A stretch of 64,000 nt of DNA from a virus (taxonomy: Duplodnaviria > Caudoviricetes): the IMG/VR virus record IMGVR_UViG_3300028833_000071, one strand, 5' to 3'. The stretch's first letter is position 1, and the number at the start of each line of letters is the position of its first letter. Below are positions 29,430-38,834 of this stretch, piece by piece. The notes beneath the pieces were generated by a model. The model did not search any database and was not told the DNA's origin. It saw only the letters and a list, made by a program, of their open reading frames with translations. The position numbers were made by a program, and so were the translations under genes.

Positions 29430-29867
29430 ATGGAATACAAAGGAAAACATATTGAAGATGTTAAATATATCACTATTGAAGAAGACCCGATTTTTGAATA
29501 TGATTCAAATTATGTTGATTTTGATTTGCAAGATTTAGAAAACCTTGCTGAACATTATAAGAAAAAGGAAAAAGAATTAAAAGAATTAGGCATTGATTTT
29601 AAAAATCTAAGGATTGTGTTTTGGGCACAAGATTATGATTATAATTCAAATGGTCCTGATGAATATGAGCAAGCAAAAATCTATTTTTCCTATGAAAGAA
29701 AAGAAGCCGAAACTGAGACTAAAAAAAGAATCCTAAATGAGAAGGAATTAATTGATTTTAAAATCGAAGAAGAAAAACATTTGGCAGAAGCAAAGGCTTG
29801 TATTAAACAATATGAAATAGAAAAAGCAATAAAATTGCTTGAAGAACATGGCTATAAAATCTTTTAA
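29430..29867 (+). CDS. Hypothetical protein
   Basis: ORF in operon. Confidence 0.65.
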   Translation: MEYKGKHIEDVKYITIEEDPIFEYDSNYVDFDLQDLENLAEHYKKKEKELKELGIDFKNLRIVFWAQDYDYNSNGPDEYEQAKIYFSYERKEAETETKKRILNEKELIDFKIEEEKHLAEAKACIKQYEIEKAIKLLEEHGYKIF

Positions 29868-29905
29868 AATTATTTTTTGTATATTTAAAATAAAAATATA
29901 ATATT

Positions 29906-30346
29906 ATGAAAAAGTTTATATTTATGACTCACTTTATGTTTTTTATGTTTATGCTTACTTCATGCATAACAGATGATGTTGTGGTATATAGAGAGGTGCC
30001 GACAAGGACTTATATAACCACACCGTATTATTACCCATATACCTATCACAATGTGCCAAGGTATTATTACAAGCCTTATGGATGGAATTATAATTATCAT
30101 CGTCCAAGACCATATGTATCACCAAGACCACATTATAATCATAATAATCAGCCTAATGGTCCTGGACATCATAACCCAGGTCATAATAATTCAGGCCATC
30201 ATTATAATAATACGCCTAATAACCATGGGCACAATAATGGCCATAATTCACAGGCTGTAGTTAGGCCTAATAGCAATAATAGACCAGGTTCAATGAGTGG
30301 CACTAATAGACCCACAACAAATCAAGGGCCAAGAGGAAGGAGATAA
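29906..30346 (+). CDS. Lipoprotein with Tyr/Pro/Asn/His-rich disordered tail
   Basis: MKK-hydrophobic-LTSC lipobox. Confidence 0.65.
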   Translation: MKKFIFMTHFMFFMFMLTSCITDDVVVYREVPTRTYITTPYYYPYTYHNVPRYYYKPYGWNYNYHRPRPYVSPRPHYNHNNQPNGPGHHNPGHNNSGHHYNNTPNNHGHNNGHNSQAVVRPNSNNRPGSMSGTNRPTTNQGPRGRR

Positions 30347-30349
30347 AAC

Positions 30350-30703
30350 ATGGAGATTGTGTTAACAGTTTTTATTATAGTAGTTTCATTTGTCTGTTTT
30401 GGATATCTTTTCTATGAAATGTTTCTGTTCGATAAACCGACTGTATTATTTCAAAACAAATATAAAAAATTTGAAACCGGTTTGATTTTAAAATATTATA
30501 GTAGCTGTTATCACGGGAAATTTAAGCAATACAAGATAATTGGGACTTATGAAATTTTAGACCGAGATGGTAAATATCTATGGATGAAGAGTTTAAAAAC
30601 GGGTAAAGAAGTTGAGACTAACTTATATCTTGACATTGAATTTGAAACAATGTCTCTTGAAACAAAAGATGGTATAATAATAAAAAAATATAATTTTGAT
30701 TAA
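30350..30703 (+). CDS. Membrane-anchored hypothetical protein
   Basis: N-terminal TM helix. Confidence 0.6.
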   Translation: MEIVLTVFIIVVSFVCFGYLFYEMFLFDKPTVLFQNKYKKFETGLILKYYSSCYHGKFKQYKIIGTYEILDRDGKYLWMKSLKTGKEVETNLYLDIEFETMSLETKDGIIIKKYNFD

Positions 30704-30705
30704 TT

Positions 30706-31002
30706 ATGACTTATAGACAACTTATTGAAACACTTGAAATTGTGGCCAAATATGATGGTGGCCTTGATAAAGAATGTTATAAAATGTGGGCTGAACACGA
30801 TGAACATGGAATTACATTTGATTCAAAATGGGAGGTTTCAGCCGAAGACATTAGAAAATTAGCAGCAATGAATTGGGGACTTGGTTGTGATGGCGACTAT
30901 GATGAAGAGACAGATGTACAATGGGAAAACTATGATAAACTTAGCGATGAAGAACTGATTAAACTTTTCAAAGAATATAATGGCATTTATACATATGAAT
31001 AA
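30706..31002 (+). CDS. Hypothetical protein
   Basis: ORF in operon (AEHD motif). Confidence 0.65.
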   Translation: MTYRQLIETLEIVAKYDGGLDKECYKMWAEHDEHGITFDSKWEVSAEDIRKLAAMNWGLGCDGDYDEETDVQWENYDKLSDEELIKLFKEYNGIYTYE

Positions 31003-31012
31003 AATTTGAATC

Positions 31013-31387
31013 ATGAAAGACCTAAAAGAGCCAATAGAATTATTTGGATATGAGTGTGGTAAAGGGTGGTTTCCTTATATTAAGGAGGCACAGGATTTAA
31101 TGGATGAGTACAACAAAGAACATCCTGACGAAGAAGAGGTGAAGTTTACACAGGTAAAAGAAAAATTCGGTACATTATGTTTATACTTAAACAGATATCC
31201 TGATGATTTTAGCGATAAAATATGGGAAATCGAGAAGAAAAGTTATGATACATGTGAATTTTGTGGTGCAAAGGGTGCTACTAATAAAGCAACACACGGA
31301 TGGTATATGACATTATGTGATAAATGCCGTCAGGAAGAAATTGTAAATTACAATAAAAGGTTTAATATTGATAACAATGGAAAATAA
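31013..31387 (+). CDS. Conserved phage protein with Zn-ribbon
   Basis: ECGKGW, QVKEKFGTL, CEFCG..GW..TLC. Confidence 0.75.
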   Translation: MKDLKEPIELFGYECGKGWFPYIKEAQDLMDEYNKEHPDEEEVKFTQVKEKFGTLCLYLNRYPDDFSDKIWEIEKKSYDTCEFCGAKGATNKATHGWYMTLCDKCRQEEIVNYNKRFNIDNNGK

Positions 31388-32483
31388 AATATGTGTCTAT
31401 GCTATTTGCAAAAATGAATCAAAGTTTGTTGAGCAATGGTATAAGAGTATGTCAGAAGCTGATAGCATTGTTGTTCTTGACACAGGTTCAACCGATGATA
31501 CTGTTGAAAAATTAAAAAAATTAGGTGTTAAAGTTGAACAAAAAATAATTGAACCGTGGGGATTTGGCGATGCAAGAAACGAATCAATGAAACTTATTCC
31601 TGACGACTGTAACATATTGGTTTGTACTGATTTAGATGAATATTTTGAAGAAGGATGGGCAAAACCATTGAGGGAAAAATGGGTCGAAGGCGTACATAAC
31701 AGATGTGTTTATACATATTATATACGACCAGACCATTTTATTTATTATGATAAAATCCATGGCCGTAATTATTATTGGAAATACCCGATACACGAAATGC
31801 TTTGCTGTGATAAAAGTGTTGGCTTAACGACTTTATATTTGCAAAATGAGATTGTTTTACACCACGATAGAGATGCTTCAAAAAGCAGAGAAAGTTATCT
31901 TAGATTGCTTGAACGTAGGGTTAAAGAAAATGAAAATGATTTTATTGGGATAATTTATCTTGTTGGTGAATATCAAGCAGTTGGAAGACACGAAGATGTT
32001 TTGTCCCTATTGGAAACAGTTGACCTTGATAAATGTGATAATGACCTTTATAGACTATCCATCGCAAAAATAAAAGCAGAAACATTATTACATTTTGGGC
32101 GTACAAAAGATTGTATTGGATGGATTAATTATTGTATGCGTATTAATAAATCATACCGAGAATTATATTATCTTTTGGCTAAATGTTTTGAGGAAAATAA
32201 TGACCTTATGTATTATACATTATTAAAAGGTATAGAAAATTCCACATATCATCAGGATTGGTTTGAGAAGGAATATTTGTGGAAAGGTGGTATGTACTAT
32301 GATTTATTGTCTTTAACTGCATATTATTCTGGGCATATAGCTGAAAGTTTGATTTATGCAGGAATGGCTTTAAAAATTGAACCTAATAATGATAGATATA
32401 AGCAAAATATCAATTCAATAATTAATAATTTAAGTGAAGAAGAAATAATAAAATATAGGCAAAATATCAAAGATGGAAAATAA
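31377..32483 (+). CDS. GT2 glycosyltransferase with TPR-like C-terminus
   Basis: ICKNE, DTGSTD, ARN, DLDE. Confidence 0.88.
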   Translation: MENKICVYAICKNESKFVEQWYKSMSEADSIVVLDTGSTDDTVEKLKKLGVKVEQKIIEPWGFGDARNESMKLIPDDCNILVCTDLDEYFEEGWAKPLREKWVEGVHNRCVYTYYIRPDHFIYYDKIHGRNYYWKYPIHEMLCCDKSVGLTTLYLQNEIVLHHDRDASKSRESYLRLLERRVKENENDFIGIIYLVGEYQAVGRHEDVLSLLETVDLDKCDNDLYRLSIAKIKAETLLHFGRTKDCIGWINYCMRINKSYRELYYLLAKCFEENNDLMYYTLLKGIENSTYHQDWFEKEYLWKGGMYYDLLSLTAYYSGHIAESLIYAGMALKIEPNNDRYKQNINSIINNLSEEEIIKYRQNIKDGK

Positions 32484-33612
32484 AATATGCGTTTATGCTA
32501 TTTGTAAAAACGAGTCACAATTCGTTGAGAAATGGGCCAAAAGTATGTTAGAGGCCGATAGCGTTGTTGTTCTTGATACAGGTTCAACTGATGATACAGT
32601 TGAAAGATTGAAAAGTTTTGGTATAACTGTTGAACAGAAAATAATTGAACCATGGCGTTTTGATGTGGCAAGAAATGAATCAATGAAACTAATACCCGAT
32701 GATTGCAACATATTAGTTTGCACTGATTTAGACGAAATATTAGAGCCAGGATGGGCTAAAGTTCTTAGGGAAAGATGGATTGACGGCGTTCATAAAAGAT
32801 GTTGGTATAAATATGTTTGGAGCCATATGCCCGATGGAAGTAATGGTAGAATATTTTGGTATAATAAAATCCATGTTAAAGGTTATGAATGGCAATATCC
32901 TGTTCATGAATTATTGACTCTTATACCAGGTTATGAGAAAAAAGTTGACGGGCTTAAAGACTTATATATTGATGAAGACGGTTTTAAACTCCATCATTAT
33001 CCTGCACCCAAGACAAGCAGAAGTACTTATTTACCGCTTTTAGAATTAAGAGTTAAAGAATACCCATTGGATGTTTCAGGATGGCATTATTTAACACATC
33101 AATATTTTTATGAGGCCAAATATGAAAATTGTATTGAATGCGGTAAGAAAACGCTCGAATTATTTGATAAAGAATTAACTCCAATTGACAAGTCCAATCT
33201 GTGTTTATTTATCGGTTATTCATATAAAGCATTGAAGCTATATGAAGAGGCTTTGCAATGGTTTTATAAAGGTATTACCGAAGATAAAACTTATATAGAA
33301 AATTATCTTGAAGTCGCTGATTTATATTTATTTAGTATTGATAAAAAAGATAAATACGATTTAGCATATAATATATTGAAAAAATGTTTTAAAAACAGTT
33401 ATAGGCATTACTCTTGGCTGGAAAAAGATGACTCATTTACTTATAGGCCGTATGATTTATTATCAATTGCTGCATATTATTCAGGCAAAAAGCAAGAATC
33501 ATTATATTATGCATTCTTGGCAAGAGAAAATAATAAAGCAGATAAACGTCTTGAAGATAATGTTAATATTATTATGGAAAATTTGGGGAAAAATAATAAT
33601 TTTATTTTATAA
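32473..33612 (+). CDS. GT2 glycosyltransferase with TPR-like C-terminus (tandem paralog)
   Basis: Same motifs; N-terminal about 100 aa nearly identical to upstream gene. Confidence 0.88.
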   Translation: MENKICVYAICKNESQFVEKWAKSMLEADSVVVLDTGSTDDTVERLKSFGITVEQKIIEPWRFDVARNESMKLIPDDCNILVCTDLDEILEPGWAKVLRERWIDGVHKRCWYKYVWSHMPDGSNGRIFWYNKIHVKGYEWQYPVHELLTLIPGYEKKVDGLKDLYIDEDGFKLHHYPAPKTSRSTYLPLLELRVKEYPLDVSGWHYLTHQYFYEAKYENCIECGKKTLELFDKELTPIDKSNLCLFIGYSYKALKLYEEALQWFYKGITEDKTYIENYLEVADLYLFSIDKKDKYDLAYNILKKCFKNSYRHYSWLEKDDSFTYRPYDLLSIAAYYSGKKQESLYYAFLARENNKADKRLEDNVNIIMENLGKNNNFIL

Positions 33613-33614
33613 TC

Positions 33615-34220
33615 ATGGAAACACAAAATAAGGCATTAGAAGGCTATATTAACCATTCAGGTGGCGCAATTGGCGCTGATTTTTATTGGGGTGAAACAGG
33701 TGCTAAATACGGTGTTGTTTCAAATCATTACTATCATGGAGAAAAAACACCTTATGGCAATTGTGAAATATCTGACGAGGTTTATGATGAGGGCCGATAT
33801 GAAGTGGCAAAAGCAGCTAATTATAATTATGGCTACAAATATAAAACGATGAAAAACAATCTTCTCATCAGAAATTGGGCACAAGTTAAATATTCTGATG
33901 CTATATTTGCAATCGGCCATTTAGCAAAACCAGGCGAGAAACTATTCCCAAATCAAAAAGAAGACACAAGAGTTGCCACAAATGCTGCGGTTCAAGGCGG
34001 AACTGGCTATGCTGTCGCAATGGCTATACTTAATAATAAGCCTGTCTATGTGTTTGATATGGAAAGAAATCAATGGTTTAGTTGTATTAACAATAAATGG
34101 GAGAAGACTGATACCCCAATATTAACCAAAAATTTTGCGGGTATTGGGTCACGAAATATTAATGATAATGGTATAAAAGCAATCGAAGAAGTTTATTTAA
34201 AAACAATTAATAATGGCTAA
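33615..34220 (+). CDS. SLOG-superfamily protein (DprA/Smf-like)
   Basis: HSGGAIGAD, RN, GGTGYAV, KPVYVF, FAGIGSR. Confidence 0.75.
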   Translation: METQNKALEGYINHSGGAIGADFYWGETGAKYGVVSNHYYHGEKTPYGNCEISDEVYDEGRYEVAKAANYNYGYKYKTMKNNLLIRNWAQVKYSDAIFAIGHLAKPGEKLFPNQKEDTRVATNAAVQGGTGYAVAMAILNNKPVYVFDMERNQWFSCINNKWEKTDTPILTKNFAGIGSRNINDNGIKAIEEVYLKTINNG

Positions 34221-34437
34221 AATACATATTTTTGACAATGATTTGGGTAAAGAAACATATTGTTTTGAAACACAATGCCCATTACCAATCAAAGTATTAT
34301 TCGTTAAAGATAGAATAACAAAGCAAAAGTATTTGATGGAAAGGACAGAAGATGAAGACCCTTTTACTGGTCATCACTTTTTGCATCCTTGTAATTATAA
34401 TCAATATGATAATGTCGAAGTAAAAATTGAAGAATAA
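34213..34437 (+). CDS. Hypothetical protein
   Basis: Coupled ORF. Confidence 0.55.
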   Translation: MAKIHIFDNDLGKETYCFETQCPLPIKVLFVKDRITKQKYLMERTEDEDPFTGHHFLHPCNYNQYDNVEVKIEE

Positions 34438-35092
34438 GATGGAAACAAACAAATTAAATGTAGCCGAATTAAAGACTAATGCCAAGACTGAAGAAAAACT
34501 TACAACTGAAGACTTCAAGGGCTTTATTAGCGGCGTTAAACAAGCGATGGAACTTAAAATAGAAGAATCCGTGGTATTTACAAATGCCAATGGAAAAATA
34601 CAATATCCTAATTTCTATAAAGTTATTGAAGAAAGAATGACACCAACAGGTAGAATTGAATATTGGACTTTACCATTATATGAACCAATAACAGAGGACG
34701 AAATTAATGGTAAACATTTATTTCAGGCTAAAGAAACCAGAACAGAAAAAATGTTAAAAAAGTTTAATTTAAATTCAGATAAAAAAGAAGAAAATTATAT
34801 TCATCTTTTCTTGGATTTAGAAACAGCAATGTCTTATGTTGAGAAACAGTTCAAGGGTTATCAATATACAAGGCCCGTAATTTATGAATGTGAATGTATG
34901 ACACCTGAGATTATAATTAACCCTGATAACACTGTTAAATGTGAAGCGATTAAGTTTATAAGACCTATTTCCCAATTTGTTAATTTTAAAAATTTTGAGT
35001 ATATTAAAATGGTATTGCCTGAAAAAAAGAAGTCATATGGAATACAGTATGATGAAAGCCAAATAAATGGTGATACAGACTATGTTGAATAA
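34427..35092 (+). CDS. Hypothetical protein
   Basis: ORF in operon. Confidence 0.65.
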   Translation: MKNKMETNKLNVAELKTNAKTEEKLTTEDFKGFISGVKQAMELKIEESVVFTNANGKIQYPNFYKVIEERMTPTGRIEYWTLPLYEPITEDEINGKHLFQAKETRTEKMLKKFNLNSDKKEENYIHLFLDLETAMSYVEKQFKGYQYTRPVIYECECMTPEIIINPDNTVKCEAIKFIRPISQFVNFKNFEYIKMVLPEKKKSYGIQYDESQINGDTDYVE

Positions 35093-35107
35093 TTAAAATC
35101 TTAAATT

Positions 35108-35680
35108 ATGTACGAAATAGAAGTTGAAAACAAAAATTTGATAATAACAGACCCATGTTATTTGGACAATGTTCTTGACAAGAATGATTTAACTCTTGCT
35201 CTCATGGATTATTGGGAAAAATTCATTGGAGGAATACGAGGGGATAATTATAGTTCAAAATTACAAAAATTTGGGTTCACAAATAATATATGCTGTAGTA
35301 CTTTATATGGTGATTGGTCTTGTACTGCATTTCATGTTAAAATTGACCCAAGAGAAATAAATACAGTTAAAGAGCTTGACAAGTTTGATAACTTAAAGGA
35401 AAGTATAGATAAATACCATATTGGAAAATTATGTGCTGACGCTGGTATGGTGTGTGTTGTAGATGCTGATGATGTTAAAAAGTTTAACCCACATTTTTTT
35501 GAATGGGCAATTTTTCATCAACATTGTGTAACAGCAATACCAAATTTTACTGGCACAATCGGTATTCATGATATTGACCCAAAATATGAAGATATGCCAC
35601 ATTATAGAATTAGAACCATATATGGCATTAGTAGTGTGAAAAAGAATGATAATTTCTTTATATATCAAACAGGCCTATGA
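35108..35680 (+). CDS. Conserved hypothetical protein
   Basis: IITDPCY, TLYGDWSC, CADAGMVCV motifs. Confidence 0.7.
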   Translation: MYEIEVENKNLIITDPCYLDNVLDKNDLTLALMDYWEKFIGGIRGDNYSSKLQKFGFTNNICCSTLYGDWSCTAFHVKIDPREINTVKELDKFDNLKESIDKYHIGKLCADAGMVCVVDADDVKKFNPHFFEWAIFHQHCVTAIPNFTGTIGIHDIDPKYEDMPHYRIRTIYGISSVKKNDNFFIYQTGL

Positions 35681-35931
35681 GCGTTTTTAAAAGTTGGGTA
35701 ATAGAATGCTATTGTTGTGGTGATATACGATTTAGCACTACATTTAACGGGCTTTGTAAATATCATACTGTTTATAAGAAAAAAAGTATAAACCCGCTTG
35801 CAGACGAACTGGCGGGTTTTGACAAAATGCCCAAATATATCGGTTTTTGCAACGATGAATGTGCTGATAAATATTTCACTGAAATTGAACCAAGAGATAA
35901 AGCATTTTACAAGAAAATCATAAAACAATGA
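35677..35931 (+). CDS. Small Cys-rich protein
   Basis: Coupled ORF. Confidence 0.55.
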   Translation: MSVFKSWVIECYCCGDIRFSTTFNGLCKYHTVYKKKSINPLADELAGFDKMPKYIGFCNDECADKYFTEIEPRDKAFYKKIIKQ

Positions 35932-36212
35932 TTAACGAAGAAAAAATATTAGGAAAACTAATAACAGAGGAATTAGGCGTTTTAGATGAAGTTGGTAATT
36001 GGACTAATAAAATTGCAAATGATTTTATTTTAAATTGCCCTAAGGAAACCCAAGAAATTGCTGAACATATATATTTTAAATCATCAAAATGGCTTAAAAG
36101 AATTGTATCAATGTCATTGAAATCTTGTAGGAGACAATTAAGCCGTGCCATTGCAAAAGTCAGAAAAGATTATGATTATACCCATGGCGGAAATACTTCG
36201 GTTACAGTTTAA
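35928..36212 (+). CDS. Hypothetical protein
   Basis: Coupled ORF. Confidence 0.55.
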   Translation: MINEEKILGKLITEELGVLDEVGNWTNKIANDFILNCPKETQEIAEHIYFKSSKWLKRIVSMSLKSCRRQLSRAIAKVRKDYDYTHGGNTSVTV

Positions 36213-36293
36213 TAAATAAAAAAAAAGGGAACTATATACTTGATGGCACAGGATTTTGAACAATAGGAAAATATTTGTGGTATAACTATTTAT

Positions 36294-36587
36294 GATTCGG
36301 CTGCGGGAAAACCCACTTCTTTAGATGTGGGATGAAAGCAGCCTTAACAAAATATTTTGTTTTTTCAAATATTTTTAGTATATTTGTACAGAAGTTCCGA
36401 GTTAGGGATAGTACTAACTACCACCAAGGGGTTTGCCTTGCAGAGATGGAAATGCATCTCAAAAAAATGGGGACAGAGAAGGACTATCTCTGTGTGGAGT
36501 TAAAGTAAGTGGTTGCACTATGCTTCCCCAAGCACTTCGGTGCTATGCTCCCAAGAACCCCACTATTTCAATAGTGGGAGTAGTCAG
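36294..36587 (+). mobile_element. Non-autonomous IS605-type element encoding only an omegaRNA-like RNA
   Basis: TTAT|14 nt-AAAA-hairpin LE; GAAC-hairpin-AGTAGTCAG RE; removal restores ACTATTTAT-AAGG. Confidence 0.8.
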
Positions 36588-36607
36588 AAGGAAACAGATG
36601 TTATGAA
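36392..36607 (+). ncRNA. Stand-alone TnpB omegaRNA-like RNA plus flanking guide
   Basis: Homologous to 61895-62062 with compensatory changes; GACTAT/GTAGTC pseudoknot potential; promoter motif at 36377. Confidence 0.7.
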
Positions 36608-37478
36608 ACAAGAAATAATAAAACTAAATAAAAATAATTTAGTAAATATTGTATGCAAAAGTATAAGACAAATCATTAATGAATCAAATTGTTTGAAATA
36701 TAATATTGACATTTCTAAAATTGACATTGGAGATTTAAAAAAGGCTTATAAAGATTTTAGACTTGTACCAACACAAGCGTGTTTTGATGATGTATTATAT
36801 AGGCCAACAACAATCAAAGAAGCTTTTGGTGATATTTTGCAACCAGACGATGTTGTTAACAAAATAATCAATAAATATGGCATACCATCAAGTTGTGTTC
36901 TTAAAAGAGAAGCTTACAATAAAATCTACATATATGTTGTCACGGCAGTAATTGGGATTAATGATAAACTTATAGAAAATGATATGTCAAAGATGGGTTA
37001 TTATTTGGGATTCAAAGGAAATATTCAGGATGTAGGTGGAATGCAATTTCAAACGCTTCAATTTGAACCATCAAGTCAATTACAGGATGATGAAACAGAA
37101 AACATAAAGTCAGCTTATAATATATTATATCATTGGACACCATCTTATTCATTAGATGGAATTATGCAAAATGGTTTAATACCAAGCAGTAAAAACAAAG
37201 TGTTTAATTATCCACCGAGAACATATTTAATGAAAGGAGATTGTAGTGATAGATATATATTAGGGTTGGGACAATCTTTATGCTCTTCAAATGATAACCC
37301 CAATAATAATGGTGAATATGCCTTGTTAGCAATAAATATTGAGAATATTGATGACGACATTAGATTCTATTACGATTCAAATAGTGAAATGGGAATATAT
37401 ACAGAGCAACCAATAGCCAAAGATAGAATTAAAATAATGAATACAGTGCAATTTGTAAAAAACATTAAAAATCAATAA
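36603..37478 (+). CDS. Helix-tagged protein with ADP-ribosyltransferase-like C-terminal domain
   Basis: N-terminal IIKLNKNNLVNIVCKSIRQIINES; LYHWT..IMQNGL..RTYL..YYD..IYT pattern. Confidence 0.6.
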   Translation: MKQEIIKLNKNNLVNIVCKSIRQIINESNCLKYNIDISKIDIGDLKKAYKDFRLVPTQACFDDVLYRPTTIKEAFGDILQPDDVVNKIINKYGIPSSCVLKREAYNKIYIYVVTAVIGINDKLIENDMSKMGYYLGFKGNIQDVGGMQFQTLQFEPSSQLQDDETENIKSAYNILYHWTPSYSLDGIMQNGLIPSSKNKVFNYPPRTYLMKGDCSDRYILGLGQSLCSSNDNPNNNGEYALLAINIENIDDDIRFYYDSNSEMGIYTEQPIAKDRIKIMNTVQFVKNIKNQ

Positions 37479-37645
37479 TTATATTATTTGTGCCGTTAGG
37501 TATATAATTGCCAAAAAAAAAACATAGAACATGTTCACAGAACTTTGTCAAAATTATCTCACTCAAGATAAGTGTAAATGTGGCTATTGCCAATGTTTTG
37601 GAGAAAAATGCCCTAATTATAATACCTTTTTAAATATTCAAGAAA

Positions 37646-38011
37646 ATGCAGATTGTCAATTATACAACATGGAAAAAGAAAAATAATCCCGAAATCCATA
37701 GCGTTAGAGATGGTGTTAAAGGGTGGGCCGTGCAAACAGTAGCCCCAACAATAGAATATTATGGTTGGAAACAGTGCATTTTCGATAGTTACTATAGAGT
37801 CTGGGATGGAACAAAGCCTAAAGACCACACAATACAATTATTAAAAGAAACTTGGGGGGACAATTGGTTAATTGGCAAAAAATTTGTATATTATGAGTAT
37901 CACGGTACTAACGGATACATGGATTGTATGTATGTATGGTATAAAGATGAAACTGAACCTGATTTAGATTTAGAATATTGGAAAAATAAATATAAAAATG
38001 AATTGGATTAA
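37646..38011 (+). CDS. Hypothetical protein
   Basis: ORF. Confidence 0.6.
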   Translation: MQIVNYTTWKKKNNPEIHSVRDGVKGWAVQTVAPTIEYYGWKQCIFDSYYRVWDGTKPKDHTIQLLKETWGDNWLIGKKFVYYEYHGTNGYMDCMYVWYKDETEPDLDLEYWKNKYKNELD

Positions 38012-38110
38012 ATTTTTTGAATTATGTTTTGTGGCTGATGCCTTTTGCAGATGGGCCCTTATTAACACTGAACTTTTAATAGAGTATATTAACCCTTTAA
38101 TTTATACACT

Positions 38111-38473
38111 ATGAAAAAAGTAATTAGAAAAACAGGCGAAATCATTGATGTAATTGCCTATAGTGGTGATGTGGAAAGAAGTGACCACGACAGCATTAGT
38201 TATGTCAATAAATTCGGTGAGGAAATACAAGAAAAATTAAATTATTATTGGGATTTAGCTGATTTAGAGAAAACAGATGAAGGCAAAGGTTATTGGGAAG
38301 ATTTTAGAAACAAAGCAGCATTGGCTATCTTTTGCTCAAAACTTCTTAATCCAAATAATAAGAAAAATGATGTTTGCGAAAGTACAGCATTATCAATACA
38401 TTATGCTGATTATTTGATAAAAAAACTTATTGAAAGTGCTAAATCAAAAGAAATTTTTGAAAAAAAAGAGTAA
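38111..38473 (+). CDS. Hypothetical protein
   Basis: YWEDFRNKAALA..ADYLIKKL small phage module. Confidence 0.65.
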   Translation: MKKVIRKTGEIIDVIAYSGDVERSDHDSISYVNKFGEEIQEKLNYYWDLADLEKTDEGKGYWEDFRNKAALAIFCSKLLNPNNKKNDVCESTALSIHYADYLIKKLIESAKSKEIFEKKE

Positions 38474-38488
38474 TTTATAAATTTTGGC

Positions 38489-38830
38489 ATGGTTTTTGGT
38501 AAAGAAAAGTATAAAAAAAATCTGAAAATGTTGGGATTTATAGAAAAAATAAAAAAACGTAAAGAATTCAATGCGGAAAACTGTCGTAAAAAACAACAAG
38601 TCATCGAAGACATTGATTTTTTGCAAAAAATAGATGACATAAAAGGAAGAATTGAATATGTTGTTGGTAATTCAACAAAAGAACACGCTGTAATCTATTG
38701 TATCAATCCTTCAAAGTATGATATGTATGTCAGAATTGCTGATTATTTTGAAAAAAAAGGTTTTATTACTATTATAACTGAAATTCAAGGACTTAGAGAT
38801 AAATATTTAATAATTAGTTGGGGGGAATAA
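38489..38830 (+). CDS. Hypothetical protein (true start probably near 38528)
   Basis: sigma54-like motif at 38483-38499 overlaps the listed start. Confidence 0.55.
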   Translation: MVFGKEKYKKNLKMLGFIEKIKKRKEFNAENCRKKQQVIEDIDFLQKIDDIKGRIEYVVGNSTKEHAVIYCINPSKYDMYVRIADYFEKKGFITIITEIQGLRDKYLIISWGE

Positions 38831-38834
38831 TAAT

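Larger units (their letters stand above)
36227..37512 (+). mobile_element. Non-autonomous TIR cargo transposon (IS1595-like ends)
   Basis: 24-bp TIRs GGGAACTATATACTTGATGGCACA / revcomp GGCAATTATATACCTAACGGCACA (19/24 identical); A-run on both flanks; no transposase. Confidence 0.75.

Noticed and set aside
36243-36260. TGGCACAGGATTTTG as another sigma54-like promoter
   Set aside because: Spacing is off by one and TGGCACA is the inner end of the left TIR.
36513-36602. N-terminal extension of the 36513..37478 ORF
   Set aside because: It lies within the omegaRNA/right-end hairpins; ATG 36603 starts the tagged protein.
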